The notes below the pieces were generated by a model. That model ran no database searches, was not told the origin of the DNA, and saw nothing but the letters and a program-made list of their open reading frames with translations. From NCBI GenBank assembly GCA_001821135.1, contig MHSA01000012.1, positions 6,341 through 70,340 of the forward strand: 64,000 nucleotides of DNA. The letters are read 5' to 3'. Shown here one piece after another: positions 37,841 to 45,365 of the stretch (within the stretch, counting starts at the first letter, position 1; each line of letters opens with the position of its first letter). The translations under genes were made by a program, and so were the position numbers. The stretch comes from Candidatus Taylorbacteria bacterium RIFCSPLOWO2_01_FULL_48_100. GTDB taxonomy: Bacteria > Patescibacteriota > Minisyncoccia > Phycocordibacterales > UBA10002.

Positions 37841-38101
37841 ATGAAAGAGTATGAACGGATATTGAAAGCGCTGGCGAATCGGAGACGATTGGCTATTGTG
37901 GCGTTTCTTAAGAAAAAGCGCGAGGCGACCGTGGGTGATATTGCTGAACAAATTAAACTGTCCTTCACTTCAACCTCAAAACACTTGAACATTCTTTCCC
38001 GCACCGACATTTTAGATAAACGCCAAGTAGGACTTGAGGTCTATTATTTTATCGGTAAGAGCGTGCCGCCAGTTATCGTGTCCGTTGTTGCACGGCTGTA
38101 A
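37841..38101 (+). CDS. ArsR/SmtB family transcriptional regulator
   Basis: LKALANRRRLAIV, TVGDIAEQIKLSFTSTSKHLNIL. Confidence 0.88.
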   Translation: MKEYERILKALANRRRLAIVAFLKKKREATVGDIAEQIKLSFTSTSKHLNILSRTDILDKRQVGLEVYYFIGKSVPPVIVSVVARL

Positions 38102-38270
38102 CAAGGTGTTCTCACCACTTTCTTTTTTCCGTGTTTTTACTTATTTTCTAATTCGCGCGAATTAGCACATAGATTTGAGAGTGGATTTCATATAAATATA
38201 TTTGTGAATCTCTAAATTCAGAAATTAAAAACAAAGAAAGCACATACTGTATGCAGTGAGTCAAGTAAGA

Positions 38271-38354
38271 TGCCGGAGGAGAGAGTCGAACTCTCATGAT
38301 GTTGCCATCGCGGGATTTTGAGTCCCGTGCGTCTGCCGATTCCGCCACTCCGGC
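38271..38354 (-). tRNA. tRNA-Leu(CAA)
   Basis: GCCGGAG/CTCCGGC; CGGGA-CT CAA AA-TCCCG; long variable arm. Confidence 0.94.
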
Positions 38355-38460
38355 GCACCTTTAGTGTAGCCGAAATTGTCCACTGTGCAACTTTTCCTTT
38401 CTTGCATTATACTATTAGTATCCATTTGTAGATTAGTACAATTCGTATATTGGTATTTTT

Positions 38461-39438
38461 ATGAACCCAGAAAGTTTTCAGAACAATGCGGTGTTTTGGA
38501 TTGAGACGGACAAAATAAAGCCGAACCCGTTTCAGCCGCGCCGCGAGTTTGACCCCGAGAAACTCCGCGACCTATCCGAGTCAATCCGCGCGTACGGCGT
38601 GCTTCAGCCGCTCGTCGTAACACGCAAGGAGGTGGTGAAAGATGACGGGGGTATTGTTGTTGAATACGAATTGCTTGCGGGCGAGCGGCGCCTCCGCGCC
38701 TCAAAACTTGTCGGATTACCACATGTGCCGGCGCTTATCCGCGCGGGCGAAAACAGCGACCGCGAAAAGCTTGAAATATCCATTATAGAAAACCTCCAGC
38801 GCGAGGACTTGAACGCCGTAGAACGCGCGCGCGCGTTCAAGCGGCTTGCCGACGATTTCGGTTTTAAGCATCACGAGATAGGCACGCGAGTTGGTAAGAG
38901 CCGCGTGTATGTTACGAATACGATGCGGATTCTAGATTTACCAAATGAAATTCTTGACGCGGTTTCAAGCGGTATTATAAACGAAGGACACACCCGTCCG
39001 CTTTTAATGCTCGTAGATCGTCCAGAAGAGCAGACGGTTCTTTTTAAAGAAATCTCGGTGAAGAAGATTACTGTGCGCGAGGCGGAAGAGATTGCGCGGA
39101 AAATTGCCGTTGACCGTGCGCGGAAGAAAGATGTCACTGTTGACCCGGAGCTCGTGGCGATTGAAGGCAAGCTCCGCGAGTCGCTCGGAACGCGTGTGCA
39201 TATTGAAAAGCGCGAAAATGGCGGGAAGATTCTCATTGATTTCTTTTCAACTGATGACTTGCTCGCGATTCTAGCGATGCTGGAATCAAAGGAGAAACGG
39301 AGTCCCTCCGAAATGATTGACCGCCATCTTGCAAAAATGAAAGCGGAAAAGCCGCCAGTCGCGCAAGAAAATACCGAAAAAGACGAACCACAAGAAGATG
39401 AAGAAGAACTCTACTCCGTCCGCAATTTTACCGTTTAG
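38461..39438 (+). CDS. parB: ParB/Spo0J partition protein
   Basis: PNPFQPRREF, GVLQPLVV, AGERRLRA, ENLQREDLN. Confidence 0.95.
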   Translation: MNPESFQNNAVFWIETDKIKPNPFQPRREFDPEKLRDLSESIRAYGVLQPLVVTRKEVVKDDGGIVVEYELLAGERRLRASKLVGLPHVPALIRAGENSDREKLEISIIENLQREDLNAVERARAFKRLADDFGFKHHEIGTRVGKSRVYVTNTMRILDLPNEILDAVSSGIINEGHTRPLLMLVDRPEEQTVLFKEISVKKITVREAEEIARKIAVDRARKKDVTVDPELVAIEGKLRESLGTRVHIEKRENGGKILIDFFSTDDLLAILAMLESKEKRSPSEMIDRHLAKMKAEKPPVAQENTEKDEPQEDEEELYSVRNFTV

Positions 39439-39520
39439 TTTTTGCGATATAGACAGATTATATATATTATGCTAGGCTAATTATAGAAAAAACAAATCTT
39501 AAAATAAAGAGAGGTTAAGA

Positions 39521-39901
39521 ATGACTGTATTAGATTTGGCGAAACTACTCTTGGAAAAGCAAGGATGGACACATCAGAGATTATCGAAAGAGTGTGGCAC
39601 TAGCAGACAGAATATACAAAGATTAATTTCTGGAAAGCCGCGCAAAAAGAAAGGATTTTATTTGGGTGTTCTAAGTGCCGCGTTTCGTTATGGGCTTGAA
39701 GCTGAGGCGATACATGTGATTGTTGGTTCCACTAAAGCGTTGCCAAGTATTCTTCGCGCAGTAATTATGTATCCGGATATCACCCAAGAAGAACTCGCGG
39801 AAATTCGCGAAGCGGAGAAAATCACGCACATGTATTCATTGCCGATCGAAGTGATTAGTTCAATTGTTACAGCAAACCGTTTGAAGAAAAATAAAAAATG
39901 A
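39521..39901 (+). CDS. XRE-family HTH protein
   Basis: GWTHQRLSKECGTSRQNIQRLISG; GAGG RBS. Confidence 0.7.
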   Translation: MTVLDLAKLLLEKQGWTHQRLSKECGTSRQNIQRLISGKPRKKKGFYLGVLSAAFRYGLEAEAIHVIVGSTKALPSILRAVIMYPDITQEELAEIREAEKITHMYSLPIEVISSIVTANRLKKNKK

Positions 39902-40002
39902 TTTTTCAGAAACACACCGACGACCAGCAATGGCCGGCGGTTTTCTTTTATAAAGTTATAAACATGTATAGTTTTGTTCTGTTGCACAAGTAGTGCTATT
40001 CT

Positions 40003-40839
40003 TTGTGCATGGGTAGGATAAGAATAATTTTACAGAAAGATGTTCTAGAAAAGATGTATGTAAAAAAGAACCTAACGCCTGTTGAAATTGGGAGGCGATT
40101 GAAATGCAGTTTTAAGACGGTCCGCAATCGCCTAAAAGAATTCGGCATTCCTTTTAAAAATCCCGCATTAGCTCGAATGCGGTATCAAAAGTTTGATTGT
40201 ACACACGATCCATTTATTCGCTCGTACATGCTTGGATTTCGGCTCGGTGATTTGAATGTATATAAAAGGGGAGAACATTCGGAGACAATAGTCGTGCGTT
40301 GTCACACCACCCACAAAGCTCAAGTGTTGGTCATTCAATCATTATTTAATCCATTTGGCCGCGTTTCGGTAACACCTCGAGAAGAGCATTTTACAGTAAA
40401 TTGTTTTCTTAATCGGAGTTTTGAGTTTCTTCTTCCTAAAAACGAGCGGGTTTGGCAGTGGATAAAAGACGGTGATTCTGTTGCGCAGAGTTTCATTGCG
40501 GGTTATGTTGATGCTGAAGCCAATTTTATTATCAATCAAGGGCGTGCTCGTTTTAAAATTGATTCCTATGACTACGCAATATTAGAGTGGATATGTTCTT
40601 GGCTTTATAAGAAAAGCATTTCTTATAGTTACAGGTGCATTCGCAAGAAAGGACCATCGTGGAGAAATCAACCTCCTTTAAACGGAGATTTATGGCGGTT
40701 GAATATCAACGAAGCAGGTTCACTGGAAAGATTTATAAAAGAGATTTTTCCTTTTTTACGCCATGCGCATCGGATTAGGGATGTAAAAAAATGTATCACC
40801 AATATCAAATTAAGAAGAAAAAATGGCTCAATTAAATAA
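40003..40839 (+). CDS. Free-standing LAGLIDADG homing-endonuclease-like protein with N-terminal HTH
   Basis: YMLGFRLGDL and FIAGYVDAEA motifs; IFPFLRH; AT-rich. Confidence 0.75.
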   Translation: MCMGRIRIILQKDVLEKMYVKKNLTPVEIGRRLKCSFKTVRNRLKEFGIPFKNPALARMRYQKFDCTHDPFIRSYMLGFRLGDLNVYKRGEHSETIVVRCHTTHKAQVLVIQSLFNPFGRVSVTPREEHFTVNCFLNRSFEFLLPKNERVWQWIKDGDSVAQSFIAGYVDAEANFIINQGRARFKIDSYDYAILEWICSWLYKKSISYSYRCIRKKGPSWRNQPPLNGDLWRLNINEAGSLERFIKEIFPFLRHAHRIRDVKKCITNIKLRRKNGSIK

Positions 40840-42622
40840 CATCAGAAATTTCTGTATCATAAGTCATGTGGACCACGGAAAGTCCACCTTGGCAGACCGA
40901 CTACTAGAGATTACCGGTACGATTGAGAAGCGCAAGATGCGCGCGCAGGTGCTGGATTCTATGGATCTTGAGCGCGAGCGCGGTATTACGATAAAGATGA
41001 CGCCTGTTCGTATGGCGTATCAGGAATACATTCTGAATCTTATAGACACTCCAGGGCATATTGATTTCTCGTATGAAGTATCGCGCGCTTTGCGCGCGGT
41101 TGAAGGCGCGGTGCTTCTTGTGGATGCAACACAAGGCGTGCAGGCGCAGACCATAACTGTGCTACACGCGGCGCAGGCGGCTGGGCTCACCATTATTCCA
41201 GTCGTGAACAAAATTGATTCGCAACTCGCGCGTGTTCCCGAAACGAAAAAAGAAATCGCGTTATTGCTTGGGTGCGGAGAAGGCGAGATTTTAGAGGTTT
41301 CTGGAAAAACTGGGCAATGGGTACCAGAACTTTTGGAGGAAGTTATCAAACGAGTACCACCCCCTCGCCCCGCCGACTCGGCACTCCCCCTTAAACAAGG
41401 GGGAGATGGATTTAGGGCACTTATTTTTGATTTTAAATATTCAAACCACGCGGGCGTTGTAGTGTACTGCCGAGTTTTTGGCGGCACGATGGCGAAGGGC
41501 GCGCGATTGAAGTTTGCCGCGGCGGGCAGAGAGTTCACCGTAATAGAAGTCGGCACCTTTTCGCCGGAAGAAACGGCTGCGAACGCGCTCTCGGCTGGAG
41601 AAATTGGGTACATTGTAACCGGTGTGAAGGAACCGGGTGTTGCGTCAGTCGGCGATACGGTAGTTGAGGTAAAGGGTTCGCTCTCTGCACTCCCTGGCTA
41701 TGCGCGCCCGAGCCCAGTCGTGTGGGCGAGCTTCTTTCCTGAAAGTGGAGACGAATTTAACGCGCTTCGCCACGCGCTCGGGCGGCTTCGTCTCTCGGAT
41801 TCTGCGTTTACTGCGGAAGAAGAGTCGTCGGGTGCCTTGGGGCGCGGATTCCGATGTGGGTTTCTAGGAATGCTTCATTTGGAAATAATTTCAGAGCGGC
41901 TTCGCCGCGAATTCAAAATAAATCTAGTTGTAACGCATCCATCTATCGCATATGAAGTACTAACGAAGCGCGTTAAGAAAATTACTGCGTACACCATTAT
42001 GCAGTTTCCTGAACACGGAGAGGTTGAGGAAGTTCGCGAACAGTGGGTGGCGGCGGAGCTCATTTCGCCGCCCGAATATCTTGCGCCCGTGATGCTCCTT
42101 CTCGGCAAGCACGAGGCGCGGGTTGGGGAGACCGAAAATATAGGCAACCGCTTCGTGGTGCGTTTTGAGGCACCACTCAGGGAACTTATGCGCGGATTTT
42201 TTGATGAACTAAAAAGCGTGTCGTCGGGTTTTGCATCCTTATCTTACCGCCTTCTCCGTGAGCTTCGGAAAGCAGATGTCGTAAAAATGGAAATCCTTGT
42301 TGCAGATGACCCTATGCCTGCATTTGGACGGGTCGTTTCGCGCCGCGCTGCAAACGACGAGGCGGAAGCCGTTGTGGAAAAACTATCAAAAATCCTCCCT
42401 CGCCAACAGTTTGAACTGAAAATACAGGCGCGCGTTGACGGAAAGATTGTCGCATCGCGGCGGCTCACTGCGCTCCGAAAAGATGTAACGGGTTACTTGT
42501 ACGGCGGAGACCGCACGAGGAAAATGAAGTTGTGGAAACAGCAGAAAGAAGGTAAGAAACGGCTTGCCGAGCGCGGGCGAGTAGAGATACCCGCCGAAGC
42601 GTTCGTGAAGATGCTTCAGTAG
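40823..42622 (+). CDS. lepA: Elongation factor 4
   Basis: HVDHGKSTLADRL, DTPGHIDF, GFRCGFLGMLH, LYGGDRTRKMKL. Confidence 0.97.
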   Translation: MAQLNNIRNFCIISHVDHGKSTLADRLLEITGTIEKRKMRAQVLDSMDLERERGITIKMTPVRMAYQEYILNLIDTPGHIDFSYEVSRALRAVEGAVLLVDATQGVQAQTITVLHAAQAAGLTIIPVVNKIDSQLARVPETKKEIALLLGCGEGEILEVSGKTGQWVPELLEEVIKRVPPPRPADSALPLKQGGDGFRALIFDFKYSNHAGVVVYCRVFGGTMAKGARLKFAAAGREFTVIEVGTFSPEETAANALSAGEIGYIVTGVKEPGVASVGDTVVEVKGSLSALPGYARPSPVVWASFFPESGDEFNALRHALGRLRLSDSAFTAEEESSGALGRGFRCGFLGMLHLEIISERLRREFKINLVVTHPSIAYEVLTKRVKKITAYTIMQFPEHGEVEEVREQWVAAELISPPEYLAPVMLLLGKHEARVGETENIGNRFVVRFEAPLRELMRGFFDELKSVSSGFASLSYRLLRELRKADVVKMEILVADDPMPAFGRVVSRRAANDEAEAVVEKLSKILPRQQFELKIQARVDGKIVASRRLTALRKDVTGYLYGGDRTRKMKLWKQQKEGKKRLAERGRVEIPAEAFVKMLQ

Positions 42623-42745
42623 TTAAAAGATGGGGGTGTAAAGCAGCACCATTGAAATGATAATCAGAAAACATACGACCGCCCAAATGATCCCGACTAT
42701 CTTTTTGTGTTTTTTATTGAGTAGCATGTGGTAGAGTATAACACA

Positions 42746-43132
42746 ATGCACCAATTTCGCACGAGAAAAACATTTCGCGATTTTTTGTATTCGCCTGTTG
42801 CAATCGCGCTTTTGGTTACGCTTGCGTTCTTTTTGGTGCGCATTGTGTGGGGTTCATTCGTCGGGTATCGTGAAGCCGCGCGCGCGCGAGTGGTGGCGGA
42901 AGCGCGCGCACTTGAATTAGAAACGGAGAAAACAAGAGCTTCGGTGCGCGCGGCCACGGCGGGGAGCGCGCGCGCTGCGGAGGAGGAGATACGGGAAAAA
43001 CTGCATATGGCTCTTCCTGGCGAGGAAGTGATTGTAATTACTGATGAAGAAGATTTCTCACGCGATGAAATACTTGCTGACGAAGAGACATTGTTGTGGC
43101 AACGGTTTGTAGATTGGGTTATAAATAGATAG
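42746..43132 (+). CDS. Septum formation initiator (FtsB/DivIC-like)
   Basis: TM, coiled coil, EEEIREKLHMALPGEEVIVI. Confidence 0.75.
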   Translation: MHQFRTRKTFRDFLYSPVAIALLVTLAFFLVRIVWGSFVGYREAARARVVAEARALELETEKTRASVRAATAGSARAAEEEIREKLHMALPGEEVIVITDEEDFSRDEILADEETLLWQRFVDWVINR

Positions 43133-43133
43133 T

Positions 43134-43204
43134 GCGGATATGGTTTAGTGGCAGAACAGGTGCTTCCCAAGCATCGGGCGGGAGTTCGATTCTCCCTATC
43201 CGCA
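43134..43204 (+). tRNA. tRNA-Gly(CCC)
   Basis: GCGGATA/TATCCGC; GGTGC-TT CCC AA-GCATC. Confidence 0.93.
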
Positions 43205-43256
43205 TAAGCGATTCTCGTTTATACTGTAACATATTTATTGGCGTAATTTTTAATTT

Positions 43257-43505
43257 ATGACGCAAGAAACAGTAACCATTTATTCAACGCCGTCGTGTGT
43301 ATATTGCAATTCGGCAAAGAAATTCTTCACCGAACGCGGTGTTGCGTACACTGAATACAATGTGGCGGACGACATTAAAAAGCGAGAGGAAATGACTGCA
43401 AAGAGCGGGCAGATGGGCGTGCCTGTAATCACAATCGGTTCACGCACAATTATAGGATTCAATCAATCGTTGCTTGAAGAGGCACTCGGAGGCGTGGTAT
43501 CGTGA
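43257..43505 (+). CDS. Glutaredoxin (NrdH/YruB-like)
   Basis: YSTPSCVYC, SGQMGVPVI, IIGFN. Confidence 0.92.
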   Translation: MTQETVTIYSTPSCVYCNSAKKFFTERGVAYTEYNVADDIKKREEMTAKSGQMGVPVITIGSRTIIGFNQSLLEEALGGVVS

Positions 43506-43511
43506 TGCAAA

Positions 43512-43583
43512 CCTCCTATAGTTCAATAGATAGAACATCCCCGTCCTAAGGGGAAGATGTGGGTGCAATTCCTGCTAGGGGGA
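43512..43583 (+). tRNA. tRNA-Arg(CCT)
   Basis: CCTCCTA/TAGGGGG; TCCCC-GT CCT AA-GGGGA; T-loop TGCAATT. Confidence 0.88.
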
Positions 43584-43598
43584 TGCTATACTTATATT

Positions 43599-43874
43599 AT
43601 GTCTCCAGAAGAAAAAGCACTGCTTCTCAAGACCGCGGAGTTGGTGAAAGAAAATAATTCGCTACTCCGCAAGATGCGACGCGGCGCGCGTTTCCGCGCG
43701 GTTCTCCACGCTCTTTATTGGGTAGTTATTATCGGGCTTTCGTTCGGCGCATATTACTTTCTTGAACCCTACATCGCACAGGTGGAAAAAATCTATTCGG
43801 GCATCAGAGGCGATATAGACAATGTACGCGGCACGGCGGATACCATAGGCGACTTCGGGAAGTTGCTGCAATAA
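43599..43874 (+). CDS. Single-TM hypothetical protein
   Basis: MSPEEKALL..ENNSLLRKMRR..YWVVIIG..YYFLEPY. Confidence 0.7.
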   Translation: MSPEEKALLLKTAELVKENNSLLRKMRRGARFRAVLHALYWVVIIGLSFGAYYFLEPYIAQVEKIYSGIRGDIDNVRGTADTIGDFGKLLQ

Positions 43875-43879
43875 AAGAC

Positions 43880-44015
43880 GCTCGGAATGCTGCTTTTGCA
43901 GAACCGGAAGATTTCCCCTGCGAGGAAATCTTCCTTATCCGCTCGCCTCGCTCTTCCTCGCAGACTCGGAATCCATGCCCGCTCGGCTCCTCGCCGTTCC
44001 GCAAAAGCACATTCC
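43880..44015. repeat. Roughly 135-bp intergenic element, uninterrupted copy
   Basis: GGAATG..CTTTTGC/GCAAAAG..CATTCC ends; homologous to 23441-23630. Confidence 0.92.
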
Positions 44016-44092
44016 TCACTCTCGTTATTTATTTCAACACTATTCCAATTAAACGCTATAGCAAGTAACTGGAATAGTTTACTCAATTCAAC

Positions 44093-44227
44093 ATACACTA
44101 TCTCTAGCAATCGCCAAAGATAGTGTATCCAATCATTTTGCCTGCCCGCCGACGAGGAGGGCAAAATGTCTGTATATCCCGACATCCTCTTTGGCACCAG
44201 ATGTTGATGGTTTCAAACATCTGGTGC
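44093..44227. repeat. Cluster of palindromic elements upstream of tRNA-Phe
   Basis: ACACTATCT..AGATAGTGT module with a 21-nt insert, then GCACCAGATGTT..AACATCTGGTGC. Confidence 0.8.
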
Positions 44228-44270
44228 GTCTCGGGACATAGTTTATATTTTGTGATAACATATATTTAGA

Positions 44271-44566
44271 GCCGAGGTAGCTCAGTTGGTAGAGCGTCCG
44301 CCTGAAATCTTCGGGCCTTTCCGCCGCAAGGCGGATAGAAAAGCGGGTGAAATCGGGGAACATCCAATGACAAACAATCGGACAATCCCGAGCCAAGCTC
44401 GCCGAATAGGCGAGAAGGTGTAGAGACTATTCCTTTGGGAAGTACCCTCTTTTTAACAAAAGATGGGGAAGCGCCCGCCCCCTACTCCATCAAAGATGGA
44501 CGGGTGATGATATAGTCCAAATTATGGAAGAGCGGTAGGTCGGCAGTTCGATTCTGCCCCTCGGCA
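44271..44566 (+). tRNA. tRNA-Phe(GAA), exons 44271-44303 and 44527-44566
   Basis: Joined exons give a 73-nt cloverleaf: GCCGAGG/CCTCGGC, CCGC-CT GAA GA-GCGG, GGCAG-TTCGATT-CTGCC. Confidence 0.92.
44304..44526 (+). ncRNA. Group I self-splicing intron (223 nt, no ORF)
   Basis: 5' exon ends in U; P1 GCCUGAA/UUCGGGC with U.G at the splice site; AAATCGGGGAA, AATCCCGAGCCAAG, GTAGAGACTA, ATATAGTCC core; terminal G. Confidence 0.9.
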
Positions 44567-44600
44567 TTTGTAAAATTAGGAATTTTTTATAAAAACCACT

Positions 44601-44789
44601 ATGGCAAAAATTAACTGGGGTCAGGCGTCGGTTGACGGGCTAAATAAGACGGTGTTGGAGGAAAAGAAGAGATTGGAGTTGGAGCAAGAAAAAAGAAAAT
44701 TACATCTCTCGGCATCAAAATCTGATATTGAAACAGTCAGAAAAGTAATGAACGCGCTCGGTGTTAGTGTGGATGATTTGGTGAAGTAA
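44601..44789 (+). CDS. Small hypothetical protein
   Basis: 62 aa; C-terminal VMNALGVSVDDLV resembles the end of an XRE HTH. Confidence 0.5.
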   Translation: MAKINWGQASVDGLNKTVLEEKKRLELEQEKRKLHLSASKSDIETVRKVMNALGVSVDDLVK

Positions 44790-44793
44790 AAAT

Positions 44794-45339
44794 ATGCTTA
44801 ACAAAATTGATTTTGAAAATATAGTTCGGGATTTCTTATTTACATATAGGAAATTTCTATTCTACGCTTATTTGCACAAAAGGGTAAATCACGACGCATA
44901 CGAAGCAAACAGGATAACTTGGGATACCTTGCTTATTAGCTTAGAATCAGATGCATTACTTGGATTAGCAAAAATACTTTATGACAGGGAAAAAAGCTTG
45001 GGAAGGCCATTCAACGACGGCTCGGGAAAAACATTTAATAACGAAGAATTTAATAACGAAGAATTAAATGAGATTCGCAAAAAAATACTAAACCTGAGAC
45101 ATGATTACCTAGCTCACCAAAATTTATCGAAGATGCGTAATATGGATTCACTTTTGAAGGAAAACCGCTTGACAGGTACAGATGGCGTGAAAATGATCGA
45201 TGCGCTTAAAAGTAGGTTCATTCAATATGAAAAAAATCTTAAGCTCGATGTCAATGTGCAAAAACTATTTACCGAAAGCCAAAATAATGCGCTTAACGAC
45301 CTTGATAGTTGGTTGAAATCTTTTAAGACAGCGCTGTAA
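44794..45339 (+). CDS. HEPN-like (AbiU2-like) protein
   Basis: Helical; LLGLAKILYD and LRHDYLAH (R-x5-H); AT-rich. Confidence 0.55.
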   Translation: MLNKIDFENIVRDFLFTYRKFLFYAYLHKRVNHDAYEANRITWDTLLISLESDALLGLAKILYDREKSLGRPFNDGSGKTFNNEEFNNEELNEIRKKILNLRHDYLAHQNLSKMRNMDSLLKENRLTGTDGVKMIDALKSRFIQYEKNLKLDVNVQKLFTESQNNALNDLDSWLKSFKTAL

Positions 45340-45365
45340 GTAGAGACAATTTTAGAAATAGATTT

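Noticed and set aside
45033-45068. 15-bp tandem duplication (FNNEE FNNEE) as a DGR template or array
   Set aside because: Simple in-frame slippage of about two copies; no partner variable region
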